Shown piece after piece: positions 1 to 12,895 of a stretch of DNA of 64,000 nucleotides. The position numbers and the translations under genes are program-made. Source of the DNA: Eledone cirrhosa. Taxonomy: Eukaryota. Numbering within the stretch: the stretch's first letter is position 1; the number at the start of each line of letters is the position of its first letter. The stretch covers positions 25,296,001-25,360,000 of the forward strand of contig OZ024764.1 in NCBI GenBank assembly GCA_964016885.1, written 5' to 3'. A model generated the notes under the pieces. The model was not told the origin of the DNA. It searched no databases and saw only the letters and a list, made by a program, of their open reading frames with translations.

Positions 1-3000
1 TTGGAGGGGAGACAGGAGTTTCTGACAGTAATGTCTACCATATAGGTGGTGCCAGTGGTGGAGGAGGGGAGACAGGAGTTTCTGACAGTAATGTCTACCA
101 TATAGGTGGTGCCAGTGGTGGAGGGGAGACAGGAGTTTCTGACAGTAATGTCTACCATATAGGTGGTGCCAGTGGTGGAGGGGAGACAGGAGTTTCTGAC
201 AGTAATGTCTACCATATAGGTGGTGCCAGTGGTGGAGGGGAGACAGGAGTTTCTGACAGTAATGTCTACCATATAGGTGGTGCCAGTGCTGGAGGAGGGG
301 AGACAGGAGTTTCTGACAGTAATGTCTACCATATAGGTGGTGCCAGTGGTGGAGGGGAGGCAGGAGTTTCTGACAGTAATGTCTACCATATAGGTGGTGC
401 CAGTGGTGGAGGGGAGACAGGAGTTTCTGACAGTAATGTCTACCATATAGGTGGTGCCAGTGTTGGAGGGGAGACAGGAGTTTCTGACAGTAATGTCTAC
501 CATATAGGTGGTGCCAGTGGTGGAGGAGGGGAGACAGGAGTTTCTGACAGTAATGTCTACCATATAGGTGGTGCCAGTGGTGGAGGGGGGGAGACAGGAG
601 TTTCTGACAGTAATGTGTACCATATAGGTGGTGCCAGTGGTGGAGGGGAGACAGGAGTTTCTGACAGTAATGTCTACCATATAGGTGGTGCCAGTGTTGG
701 AGGGGAGACAGGAGTTTCTGACAGTAATGTCTACCATATAGGTGGTGCCAGTGGTGGAGGGGAGACAGGAGTTTCTGACAGTAATGTCTACCATATAGGT
801 GGTGCCAGTGGTGGAGGGGGGAGACAGGAGTTTCTGACAGTAATGTCTACCATATAGGTGGTGCCAGTGTTGGAGGGGAGACAGGAGTTTCTGACAGTAA
901 TGTCTACCATATAGGTGGTGCCAGTGGTGGAGGAGGGGAGACAGGAGTTTCTGACAGTAATGTCTACCATATAGGTGGTGCCAGTGGTGGAGGAGGGGAG
1001 ACAGGAGTTTCTGACAGTAATGTGTACCATATAGGTGGTGCCAGTGGTGGAGGGGAGACAGGAGTTTCTGACAGTAATGTCTACCATATAGGTGGTGCCA
1101 GTGTTGGAGGGGGAGACAGGAGTTTCTGACAGTAATGTCTACCATATAGGTGGTGCCAGTGGTGGAGGGGGGAGACAGGAGTTTCTGACAGTAATGTGTA
1201 CCATATAGGTGGTGCCAGTGGTGGAGGAGGGGAGACAGGAGTTTCTGACAGTAATGTCTACCATATAGGTGGTGCCAGTGGTGGAGGGGGGGAGACAGGA
1301 GTTTCTGACAGTAATGTCTACCATATAGGTGGTGCCAGTGGTGGAGGAGGGGAGACAGGAGTTTCTGACAGTAATGTGTACCATATAGGTGGTGCCAGTG
1401 GTGGAGGAGGGGAGACAGGAGTTTCTGACAGTAATGTCTACCATATAGGTGGTGCCAGTGGTGGAGGGGAGACAGGAGTTTCTGACAGTAATGTCTACCA
1501 TATAGGTGGTGCCAGTGGTGGAGGAGGGGAGACAGGAGTTTCTGACAGTAATGTCTACCATATAGGTGGTGCCAGTGGTGGAGGGGAGACAGGAGTTTCT
1601 GACAGTAATGTCTACCATATAGGTGGTGCCAGTGTTGGAGGGGGAGACAGGAGTTTCTGACAGTAATGTCTACCATATAGGTGGTGCCAGTGGTGGAGGG
1701 GGGAGACAGGAGTTTCTGACAGTAATGTCTACCATATAGGTGGTGCCAGTGGTGGAGGGGAGACAGGAGTTTCTGACAGTAATGTCTACCATATAGGTGG
1801 TGCCAGTGTTGGAGGGGAGACAGGAGTTTCTGACAGTAATGTCTACCATATAGGTGGTGCCAGTGGTGGAGGAGGGGAGACAGGAGTTTCTGACAGTAAT
1901 GTCTACCATATAGGTGGTGCCAGTGGTGGAGGGGGGGAGACAGGAGTTTCTGACAGTAATGTCTACCATATAGGTGGTGCCAGTGGTGGAGGGGAGACAG
2001 GAGTTTCTGACAGTAATGTCTACCATATAGGTGGTGCCAGTGGTGGAGGGGAGACAGGAGTTTCTGACAGTAATGTCTACCATATAGGTGGTGCCAGTGG
2101 TGGAGGGGGGGAGACAGGAGTTTCTGACAGTAATGTGTACCATATAGGTGGTGCCAGTGGTGGAGGAGGGGAGACAGGAGTTTCTGACAGTAATGTCTAC
2201 CATATAGGTGGTGCCAGTGGTGGAGGGGGGAGACAGGAGTTTCTGACAGTAATGTCTACCATATAGGTGGTGCCAGTGGTGGAGGAGGGGAGACAGGAGT
2301 TTCTGACAGTAATGTGTACCATATAGGTGGTGCCAGTGGTGGAGGAGGGGAGACAGGAGTTTCTGACAGTAATGTCTACCATATAGGTGGTGCCAGTGGT
2401 GGAGGGGAGACAGGAGTTTCTGACAGTAATGTCTACCATATAGGTGGTGCCAGTGGTGGAGGAGGGGAGACAGGAGTTTCTGACAGTAATGTCTACCATA
2501 TAGGTGGTGCTAGTGGTGGAGGGGAGACAGGAGTTTCTGACAGTAATGTGTACCATATAGGTGGTGCCAGTGGTGGAGGAGGGGAGACAGGAGTTTCTGA
2601 CAGTAATGTCTACCATATAGGTGGTGCTAGTGGTGGAGGGGAGACAGGAGTTTCTGACAGTAATGTCTACCATATAGGTGGTGCCAGTGGTGGAGGAGGG
2701 GAGACAGGAGTTTCTGACAGTAATGTCTACCATATAGGTGGTGCCAGTGGTGGAGGAGGGGAGACAGGAGTTTCTGACAGTAATGTCTACCATATAGGTG
2801 GTGCCAGTGGTGGAGGGGGGAGCAGGAGTTTCTGACAGTAATGTCTACCATATAGGTGGTGCCAGTGGTGGAGGGGAGGCAGGAGTTTCTGACAGTAATG
2901 TCTACCATATAGGTGGTGCCAGTGGTGGAGGAGGGGAGACAGGAGTTTCTGACAGTAATGTCTACCATATAGGTGGTGCCAGTGGAGGAGGGGAGACAGG

Positions 3001-6000
3001 AGTTTCTGACAGTAATGTCTACCATATAGGTGGTGCCAGTGGTGGAGGGGAGACAGGAGTTTCTGACAGTAATGTGTACCATATAGGTGGTGTCAGTGGT
3101 GGAGGGGAGGCAGGAGTTTCTGACAGTAATGTGTACCATATAGGTGGTGCCAGTGGTGGAGGGGGGGAGACAGGAGTTTCTGACAGTAATGTCTACCATA
3201 TAGGTGGTGCCAGTGGAGGAGAGGAGACAGGAGTTTCTGACAGTAATGTCTACCATATAGGTGGTGCCAGTGGTGGAGGAGGGGAGACAGGAGTTTCTGA
3301 CAGTAATGTGTACCATATAGGTGGTGTCAGTGGTGGAGGGGAGGCAGGAGTTTCTGACAGTAATGTCTACCATATAGGTGGTGCCAGTGGTGGAGGGGAG
3401 ACAGGAGTTTCTGACAGTAATGTCTACCATATAGGTGGTGCCAGTGGTGGAGGAGGGGAGACAGGAGTTTCTGACAGTAATGTGTACCATATAGGTGGTG
3501 CCAGTGGTGGAGGGGAGACAGGAGTTTCTGACAGTAATGTCTACCATATAGGTGGTGCCAGTGGTGGAGGGGAGACAGGAGTTTCTGACAGTAATGTCTA
3601 CCATATAGGTGGTGCCAGTGGTGGAGGAGGGGACAGGAGTTTCTGACAGTAATGTCTACCATATAGGTGGTGCCAGTGGTGGAGGAGGGGAGACAGGAGT
3701 TTCTGACAGTAATGTCTACCATATAGGTGGTGCCAGTGGTGGAGGGGAGACAGGAGTTTCTGACAGTAATGTCTACCATATAGGTGGTGCCAGTGGTGGA
3801 GGGGAGACAGGAGTTTCTGACAGTAATGTCTACCATATAGGTGGTGTCAGTGGTGGAGGGGAGACAGGAGTTTCTGACAGTAATGTCTACCATATAGGTG
3901 GTGCCAGTGGTGGAGGGGAGACAGGAGTTTCTGACAGTAATGTCTACCATATAGGTGGTGCCAGTGGTGGAGGGGAGACAGGAGTTTCTGACAGTAATGT
4001 CTACCATATAGGTGGTGCCAGTGGTGGAGGGGAGACAGGAGTTTCTGACAGTAATGTCTACCATATAGGTGGTGCCAGTGGTGGAGGAGAGACAGGAGTT
4101 TCTGACAGTAATGTCTACCATATAGGTGGTGCCAGTGGTGGAGGGGAGACAGGAGTTTCTGACAGTAATGTCTACCATATAGGTGGTGCCAGTGGTGGAG
4201 GGGAGACAGGAGTTTCTGACAGTAATGTCTACCATATAGGTGGTGCCAGTGATGGAGGGGAGACAGGAGTTTCTGACAGTAATGTCTACCATATAGGTGG
4301 TGCCAGTGGTGGAGGAGGGGAGACAGGAGTTTCTGACAGTAATGTCTACCATATAGGTGGTGCCAGTGGTGGAGGAGGGGAGACAGGAGTTTCTGTCAGT
4401 AATGTCTACCATATAGGTGGTGCCAGTGGTGGAGGGGAGACAGGAGTTTCTGTCAGTAATGTCTACCATATAGGTGGTGCCAGTGGTGGAGGGGGAGACA
4501 GGAGTTTCTGACAGTAATGTCTACCATATAGGTGGTGCCAATGGTGGAGGGGAGACAGGAGTTTCTGACAGTAATGTCTACCATATAGGTGGTGTCAGTG
4601 GTGGAGGAGGGGAGACAGGAGTTTCTGACAGTAATGTCTACCATATAGGTGGTGCCAGTGGTGGAGGAGGGGAGACAGGAGTTTCTGACAGTTATGTCTA
4701 CCATATAGGTGGTGTCAGTGGTGGAGGAGGGGAGACAGGAGTTTCTGACAGTAATGTCTACCATATAGGTGGTGCCAGTGGTGGAGGGGAGACAGGAGTT
4801 TCTGACAGTAATGTCTACCATATAGGTGGTGCCAGTGGTGGAGGGGAGACAGGAGTTTCTGACAGTAATGTCTACCATATAGGTGGTGCCAGTGGTGGAG
4901 GAGGGGAGACAGGAGTTTCTGACAGTAATGTCTACCATATAGGTGGTGTCAGTGGTGGAGGAGGGGAGACAGGAGTTTCTGACAGTAATGTCTACCATAT
5001 AGGTGGTGCCAGTGGTGGAGGGGAGACAGGAGTTTCTGACAGTAATGTCTACCATATAGGTGGTGCCAGTGGTGGAGGAGGGGAGACAGGAGTTTCTGAC
5101 AGTAATGTCTACCATATAGGTGGTGTCAGTGGTGGAGGAGGGGAGACAGGAGTTTCTGACAGTAATGTCTACCATATAGGTGGTGCCAGTGGTGGAGGGG
5201 AGACAGGAGTTTCTGACAGTAATGTCTACCATATAGGTGGTGGCAGTGGTGGAGGGGAGGCAGGAGTTTCTGACAGTAATGTCTACCATATAGGTGGTGC
5301 CAGTGGTGGAGGGGAGACAGGAGTTTCTGACAGTAATGTCTACCATATAGGTGGTGCCAGTGGTGGAGGGGAGACAGGAGTTTCTGACAGTAATGTCTAC
5401 CATATAGGTGGTGCCAGTGGTGGAGGGGAGACAGGAGTTTCTGACAGTAATGTGTACCATATAGGTGGTGCCAGTGGTGGAGGGGGGGGGAGACAGGAGT
5501 TTCTGACAGTAATGTCTACCATATAGGTGGTGCCAGTGGAGGAGAGGAGACAGGAGTTTCTGACAGTAATGTCTACCATATAGGTGGTGCCAGTGGTGGA
5601 GGGGAGACAGGAGTTTCTGACAGTAATGTCTACCATATAGGTGGTGCCAGTGGTGGAGGGGAGGCAGGAGTTTCTGACAGTAATGTCTACCATATAGGTG
5701 GTGCCAGTGGTGGAGGAGAGACAGGAGTTTCTGACAGTAATGTCTACCATATAGGTGGTGCCAGTGGTGGAGGGGGGACAGGAGTTTCTGACAGTAATGT
5801 GTACCATATAGGTGGTGCCAGTGGTGGAGGGGGGGAGACAGGAGTTTCTGACAGTAATGTCTACCATATAGGTGGTGCCAGTGGTGGAGGGGAGGCAGGA
5901 GTTTCTGACAGTAATGTCTACCATATAGGTGGTGCCAGTGGTGGAGGAGGGGAGACAGGAGTTTCTGACAGTAATGTCTACCATATAGGTGGTGCCAGTG

Positions 6001-9000
6001 GTGGAGGGGAGGCAGGAGTTTCTGACAGTAATGTCTACCATATAGGTGGTGCCAGTGGTGGAGGAGGGGAGACAGGAGTTTCTGACAGTAATGTCTACCA
6101 TATAGGTGGTGCCAGTGGTGGAGGGGAGGCAGGAGTTTCTGACAGTAATGTCTACCATATAGGTGGTGCCAGTGGTGGAGGGGAGACAGGAGTTTCTGAC
6201 AGTAATGTGTACCATATAGGTGGTGCCAGTGTTGGAGGGGAGACAGGAGTTTCTGACAGTAATGTCTACCATATAGGTGGTGCCAGTGGTGGAGGAGGGG
6301 AGACAGGAGTTTCTGACAGTAATGTCTACCATATAGGTGGTGCCAGTGGTGGAGGGGGGGAGACAGGAGTTTCTGACAGTAATGTGTACCATATAGGTGG
6401 TGCCAGTGGTGGAGGGGAGACAGGAGTTTCTGACAGTAATGTCTACCATATAGGTGGTGCCAGTGTTGGAGGGGAGACAGGAGTTTCTGACAGTAATGTC
6501 TACCATATAGGTGGTGCCAGTGGTGGAGGAGGGGAGACAGGAGTTTCTGACAGTAATGTCTACCATATAGGTGGTGCCAGTGGTGGAGGGGGGGAGACAG
6601 GAGTTTCTGACAGTAATGTCTACCATATAGGTGGTGCCAGTGGTGGAGGGGGGGAGACAGGAGTTTCTGACAGTAATGTCTACCATATAGGTGGTGCCAG
6701 TGGTGGAGGGGGGGAGACAGGAGTTTCTGACAGTAATGTCTACCATATAGGTGGTGCCAGTGGTGGAGGGGGGGAGACAGGAGTTTCTGACAGTAATGTC
6801 TACCATATAGGTGGTGCCAGTGGTGGAGGAGGGGAGACAGGAGTTTCTGACAGTAATGTGTACCATATAGGTGGTGCCAGTGGTGGAGGAGGGGAGACAG
6901 GAGTTTCTGACAGTAATGTCTACCATATAGGTGGTGCCAGTGGTGGAGGAGGGGAGACAGGAGTTTCTGACAGTAATGTCTACCATATAGGTGGTGCCAG
7001 TGGTGGAGGGGGGGCAGGAGTTTCTGACAGTAATGTCTACCATATAGGTGGTGCCAGTGGTGGAGGGGAGACAGGAGTTTCTGACAGTAATGTGTACCAT
7101 ATAGGTGGTGCCAGTGGTGGAGGGGAGACAGGAGTTTCTGACAGTAATGTCTACCATATAGGTGGTGCCAGCGGTGGAGGGGAGACAGGAGTTTCTGACA
7201 GTAATGTCTACCATATAGGTGGTGCCAGTGGTGGTGGAGGGGAGGCAGGAGTTTCTGACAGTAATGTCTACCATATAGGTGGTGCCAGTGGTGGGGGGGG
7301 GGAGACAGGAGTTTCTGACAGTAATGTGTACCATATAGGTGGTGCCAGTGGTGGAGGGGAGACAGGAGTTTCTGACAGTAATGTCTACCATATAGGTGGT
7401 GCCAGTGGTGGAGGGGAGACAGGAGTTTCTGACAGTAATGTCTACCATATAGGTGGTGCCAGTGGTGGAGGAGGGGAGACAGGAGTTTCTGACAGTAATG
7501 TCTACCATATAGGTGGTGCCAGTGGTGGAGGAGGGGAGACAGGAGTTTCTGACAGTAATGTCTACCATATAGGTGGTGCCAGTGGTGGAGGAGGGGAGAC
7601 AGGAGTTTCTGACAGTAATGTCTACCATATAGGTGGTGCCAGTGGTGGAGGAGGGAGACAGGAGTTTCTGACAGTTATGTCTACCATATAGGTGGTGTCA
7701 GTGGTGGAGGAGGGGAGACAGGAGTTTCTGACAGTAATGTCTACCATATAGGTGGTGCCAGTGGTGGAGGAGGGGAGACAGGAGTTTCTGACAGTAATGT
7801 CTACCATATAGGTGGTGTCAGTGGTGGAGGAGGGGAGACAGGAGTTTCTGACAGTAATGTCTACCATATAGGTGGTGCCAGTGGTGGAGGGGAGACAGGA
7901 GTTTCTGACAGTAATGTCTACCATATAGGTGGTGCCAGTGGTGGAGGGGGAGACAGGAGTTTCTGACAGTAATGTCTACCATATAGGTGGTGACAGTGGT
8001 GGAGGAGGGGAGACAGGAGTTTCTGACAGTAATGTCTACCATATAGGTGGTGCCAGTGGTGGAGGAGGGGAGACAGGAGTTTCTGACAGTAATGTCTACC
8101 ATATAGGTGGTGCCAGTGGTGGAGGGGAGACAGGAGTTTCTGACAGTAATGTCTACCATATAGTGGTGCCAGTGGTGAGGAGGGGAGACAGGAGTTTCTG
8201 ACAGTAAGTCTACCATATAGGTGGTGTCAGTGGTGGAGGAGGGGAGACAGGAGTTTCTGACAGTAATGTCTACCATATAGGTGGTGCAGTGGTGGAGGGG
8301 AGCAGGAGTTTCTGACAGTAATGTCTACCATATAGGTGGTGCCAGAGTGGTGGAGGAGGCAGGAGTTTCTGACAGTAATGTCTACCATATAGGTGGTGCT
8401 GGATGTGGAGGGGGAACGGGGGGAGACAGGAGTTTCTGACAGTAATGATCTACCATTTAGGTGGTGCCAGTGGTGGAGGGGAGACAGGAGTTTCTGACAG
8501 TAATGTCTACCATATAGGTGGTGCCCAGTGGGGAGGGGGGGGAGACAGGAGTTTCTGACAGTATTGTCTACCATATAGGTGGTTGCCAGTGGAGGAGGGT
8601 GGGGGGGGAGACGAGGAGTTTCTGGACAGAAATGTCTACAATATAGGTGGTGCCAGTGGTGGAGGGAGACAGGGATTTCTGACAGTAATTGTCTACCATA
8701 TTGACAGGGTGACGTGGCCAGTGGTGGAGGGAGGAGACAGGAGTTTCTGACAGTAATGTCTACCATATAGGTGGTGCCAGTGGTGGAGGGGGAGGCAGGA
8801 GTTTCTGACAGTAATGTCTACCATATAGGTGGTGCCGGGGAGGTAGGTGGTGAGGTGGTGGAGGGGGGAGGACAGGAGTTTCTGACAGTAATGTCTACCA
8901 TATAGGTGGTGCCTAGTGGTGGAGGGGGAGGCAGGAGTTTTCTGACAGTATGTCTAACCATATAGGTGGTTGCCAGTGGTGGAGGAGGAGACAGGATTTT

Positions 9001-12000
9001 CTGACAGTAAATGTCTACCATATAGGTGGTGCAGTGGTGGTGGAGGGGAGGCAGGAGTTTCTGACAGTATGTCTACCATATATAGGTGGTGCCAGTGGTG
9101 TAGGAGGGGAGACAGGAGTATGTTTCTTGGCAGTAATGTCTACCATATAGGTGGTGCCAGTGGTGGAGGAGGGGAGACAGGAGTTTCTGACAGTAATGTC
9201 TACCATATAGGTGGTGCCAGTGGTGGAGGGGAGGCAGGAGTTTCTGACAGTAATGTCTACCATATAGGTGGTGCCAGTGGTGGAGGGGAGACAGGAGTTT
9301 CTGACAGTAATGTGTACCATATAGGTGGTGCCAGTGTTGGAGGGGAGACAGGAGTTTCTGACAGTAATGTCTACCATATAGGTGGTGCCAGTGGTGGAGG
9401 AGGGGAGACAGGAGTTTCTGACAGTAATGTCTACCATATAGGTGGTGCCAGTGGTGGAGGGGGGGAGACAGGAGTTTCTGACAGTAATGTGTACCATATA
9501 GGTGGTGCCAGTGGTGGAGGGGAGACAGGAGTTTCTGACAGTAATGTCTACCATATAGGTGGTGCCAGTGTTGGAGGGGAGACAGGAGTTTCTGACAGTA
9601 ATGTCTACCATATAGGTGGTGCCAGTGGTGGAGGAGGGGAGACAGGAGTTTCTGACAGTAATGTCTACCATATAGGTGGTGCCAGTGGTGGAGGGGGGGA
9701 GACAGGAGTTTCTGACAGTAATGTCTACCATATAGGTGGTGCCAGTGGTGGAGGGGGGGAGACAGGAGTTTCTGACAGTAATGTCTACCATATAGGTGGT
9801 GCCAGTGGTGGAGGGGGGGAGACAGGAGTTTCTGACAGTAATGTCTACCATATAGGTGGTGCCAGTGGTGGAGGGGGGGAGACAGGAGTTTCTGACAGTA
9901 ATGTCTACCATATAGGTGGTGCCAGTGGTGGAGGAGGGGAGACAGGAGTTTCTGACAGTAATGTGTACCATATAGGTGGTGCCAGTGGTGGAGGAGGGGA
10001 GACAGGAGTTTCTGACAGTAATGTCTACCATATAGGTGGTGCCAGTGGTGGAGGAGGGGAGACAGGAGTTTCTGACAGTAATGTCTACCATATAGGTGGT
10101 GCCAGTGGTGGAGGGGGGGCAGGAGTTTCTGACAGTAATGTCTACCATATAGGTGGTGCCAGTGGTGGAGGGGAGACAGGAGTTTCTGACAGTAATGTGT
10201 ACCATATAGGTGGTGCCAGTGGTGGAGGGGAGACAGGAGTTTCTGACAGTAATGTCTACCATATAGGTGGTGCCAGCGGTGGAGGGGAGACAGGAGTTTC
10301 TGACAGTAATGTCTACCATATAGGTGGTGCCAGTGGTGGTGGAGGGGAGGCAGGAGTTTCTGACAGTAATGTCTACCATATAGGTGGTGCCAGTGGTGGG
10401 GGGGGGGAGACAGGAGTTTCTGACAGTAATGTGTACCATATAGGTGGTGCCAGTGGTGGAGGGGAGACAGGAGTTTCTGACAGTAATGTCTACCATATAG
10501 GTGGTGCCAGTGGTGGAGGGGAGACAGGAGTTTCTGACAGTAATGTCTACCATATAGGTGGTGCCAGTGGTGGAGGAGGGGAGACAGGAGTTTCTGACAG
10601 TAATGTCTACCATATAGGTGGTGCCAGTGGTGGAGGAGGGGAGACAGGAGTTTCTGACAGTAATGTCTACCATATAGGTGGTGCCAGTGGTGGAGGAGGG
10701 GAGACAGGAGTTTCTGACAGTAATGTCTACCATATAGGTGGTGCCAGTGGTGGAGGAGGGGGGACAGGAGTTTCTGACAGTAATGTCTACCATATAGGTG
10801 GTGCCAGTGGTGGAGGAGGGGAGACAGGAGTTTCTGACAGTAATGTCTACCATATAGGTGGTGCCAGTGGTGGAGGAGGGGAGACAGGAGTTTCTGACAG
10901 TAATGTCTACCATATAGGTGGTGCCAGTGGTGGAGGAGGGGAGACAGGAGTTTCTGACAGTAATGTCTACCATATAGGTGGTGCCAGTGGTGGAGGAGGG
11001 GAGACAGGAGTTTCTGACAGTAATGTCTACCATATAGGTGGTGCCAGTGGTGGGGGAGGGGAGACAGGAGTTTCTGACAGTAATGTCTACCATATAGGTG
11101 GTGCCAGTGGTGGAGGGGAGACAGGAGTTTCTGACAGTAATGTGTACCATATAGGTGGTGCCAGTGGTGGAGGAGGGGAGACAGGAGTTTCTGACAGTAA
11201 TGTCTACCATATAGGTGGTGCCAGTGGTGGAGGGGGGGGCAGGAGTTTCTGACAGTAATGTGTACCATATAGGTGGTGCCAGTGGTGGGGGAGGGGAGAC
11301 AGGAGTTTCTGACAGTAATGTCTACCATATAGGTGGTGCCAGTGGTGGAGGGGGGGCAGGAGTTTCTGACAGTAATGTGTACCATATAGGTGGTGCCAGT
11401 GGTGGGGGAGGGGAGACAGGAGTTTCTGACAGTAATGTCTACCATATAGGTGGTGCCAGTGGTGGAGGGGGGGGCAGGAGTTTCTGACAGTAATGTGTAC
11501 CATATAGGTGGTGCCAGTGGTGGGGGAGGGGAGACAGGAGTTTCTGACAGTAATGTCTACCATATAGGTGGTGCCAGTGGTGGAGGGGGGGCAGGAGTTT
11601 CTGACAGTAATGTGTACCATATAGGTGGTGCCAGTGGTGGGGGAGGGGAGACAGGAGTTTCTGACAGTAATGTCTACCATATAGGTGGTGCCAGTGGTGG
11701 AGGGGAGACAGGAGTTTCTGACAGTAATGTGTACCATATAGGTGGTGCCAGTGGTGGAGGAGGGGAGACAGGAGTTTCTGACAGTAATGTCTACCATATA
11801 GGTGGTGCCAGTGGTGGAGGGGGGGCAGGAGTTTCTGACAGTAATGTGTACCACATAGGTGGTGCCAGTGGTGGGGGAGGGGAGACAGGAGTTTCTGACA
11901 GTAATGTCTACCATATAGGTGGTGCCAGTGGTGGAGGAGGGGAGACAGGAGTTTCTGACAGTAATGTCTACCATATAGGTGGTGCCAGTGGTGGAGGGGG

Positions 12001-12605
12001 GGAGACAGGAGTTTCTGACAGTAATGTGTACCATATAGGTGGTGCCAGTGGTGGGGGAGGGGAGACAGGAGTTTCTGACAGTAATGTCTACCATATAGGT
12101 GGTGCCAGTGGTGGAGGGGGGACAGGAGTTTCTGACAGTAATGTCTACCATATAGATGGTGCCAGTGGTGGAGGGGGGACAGGAGTTTCTGACAGTAATG
12201 TCTACCATATAGGTGGTGCCAGTGGTGGAGGGGAGACAGGAGTTTCTGACAGTAATGTCTACCATATAGGTGGTGCCAGTGGTGGAGGGGGGACAGGAGT
12301 TTCTGACAGTAATGTCTACCATATAGGTGGTGCCAGTGGTGGAGGGGAGACAGGAGTTTCTGACAGTAATGTGTACCATATAGGTGGTGCCAGTGGTGGA
12401 GGGGAGACAGGAGTTTCTGACAGTAATGTGTACCATATAGGTGGTGCCAGTGGTGGAGGAGGGGAAACAGGAGTTTCTGACAGTAATGTCTACCATATAG
12501 GTGGTGCCAGTGGTGGAGGGGGGACAGGAGTTTCTGACAGTAATGTCTACCATATAGGTGGTGCCAGTGGTGGAGGGGGGACAGGAGTTTCTGACAGTAA
12601 TGTCT
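1..12605. repeat. G-rich satellite, 57/60-bp unit (GTTTCTGACAGTAATGTCTACCATATAGGTGGTGCCAGTGGTGGA[GGA]GGGGAGACAGGA), about 215 copies, continues past the left edge
   Basis: Direct tandem periodicity; length variation is confined to the G-run. All ORFs in 615-12640 are translations of this unit. Confidence 0.98.
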
Positions 12606-12794
12606 TCCAAAGTAGCCTTGGTGTAAATGTAATAAGGTAAAACCTGAGGTTTGTTCTAATTAACATCATTTTTAAATTGCACCCCTTAAATATTGAAAAT
12701 GTTCCCTTGTCGGGTGTGAACTGCCCCTTGGGAATCATTGCTTTACTCTTTATATTAATTAAGCTGTATATTTGTAATTCTCTTTATATTTCAG

Positions 12795-12886
12795 ATATAT
12801 CTCACCGACAATTTTCACCTGAATGTCTTCACTGTGGCTTTACAATACACAAAACTCTGGATATTGACCAAGTTTCACAAAAGAAG
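12795..12886 (+). CDS. M13 peptidase (neprilysin/ECE-like), first exon visible in window (IYLTDNFHLNVFTVALQYTKLWILTKFHKR)
   Basis: tttcag acceptor, AAG|gtaaat donor; ends in phase 2, matching the exon at 35842. Position before the NAFY motif fits M13 layout, but sequence similarity is weak. Confidence 0.65.
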
Positions 12887-12895
12887 GTAAATTAT

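Noticed and set aside
615-12640. Long Gly-rich ORFs (up to 790 aa) as a structural protein
   Set aside because: Open on both strands because the unit is 57/60 bp; frequent frameshifting G-run variants, no unique termini.
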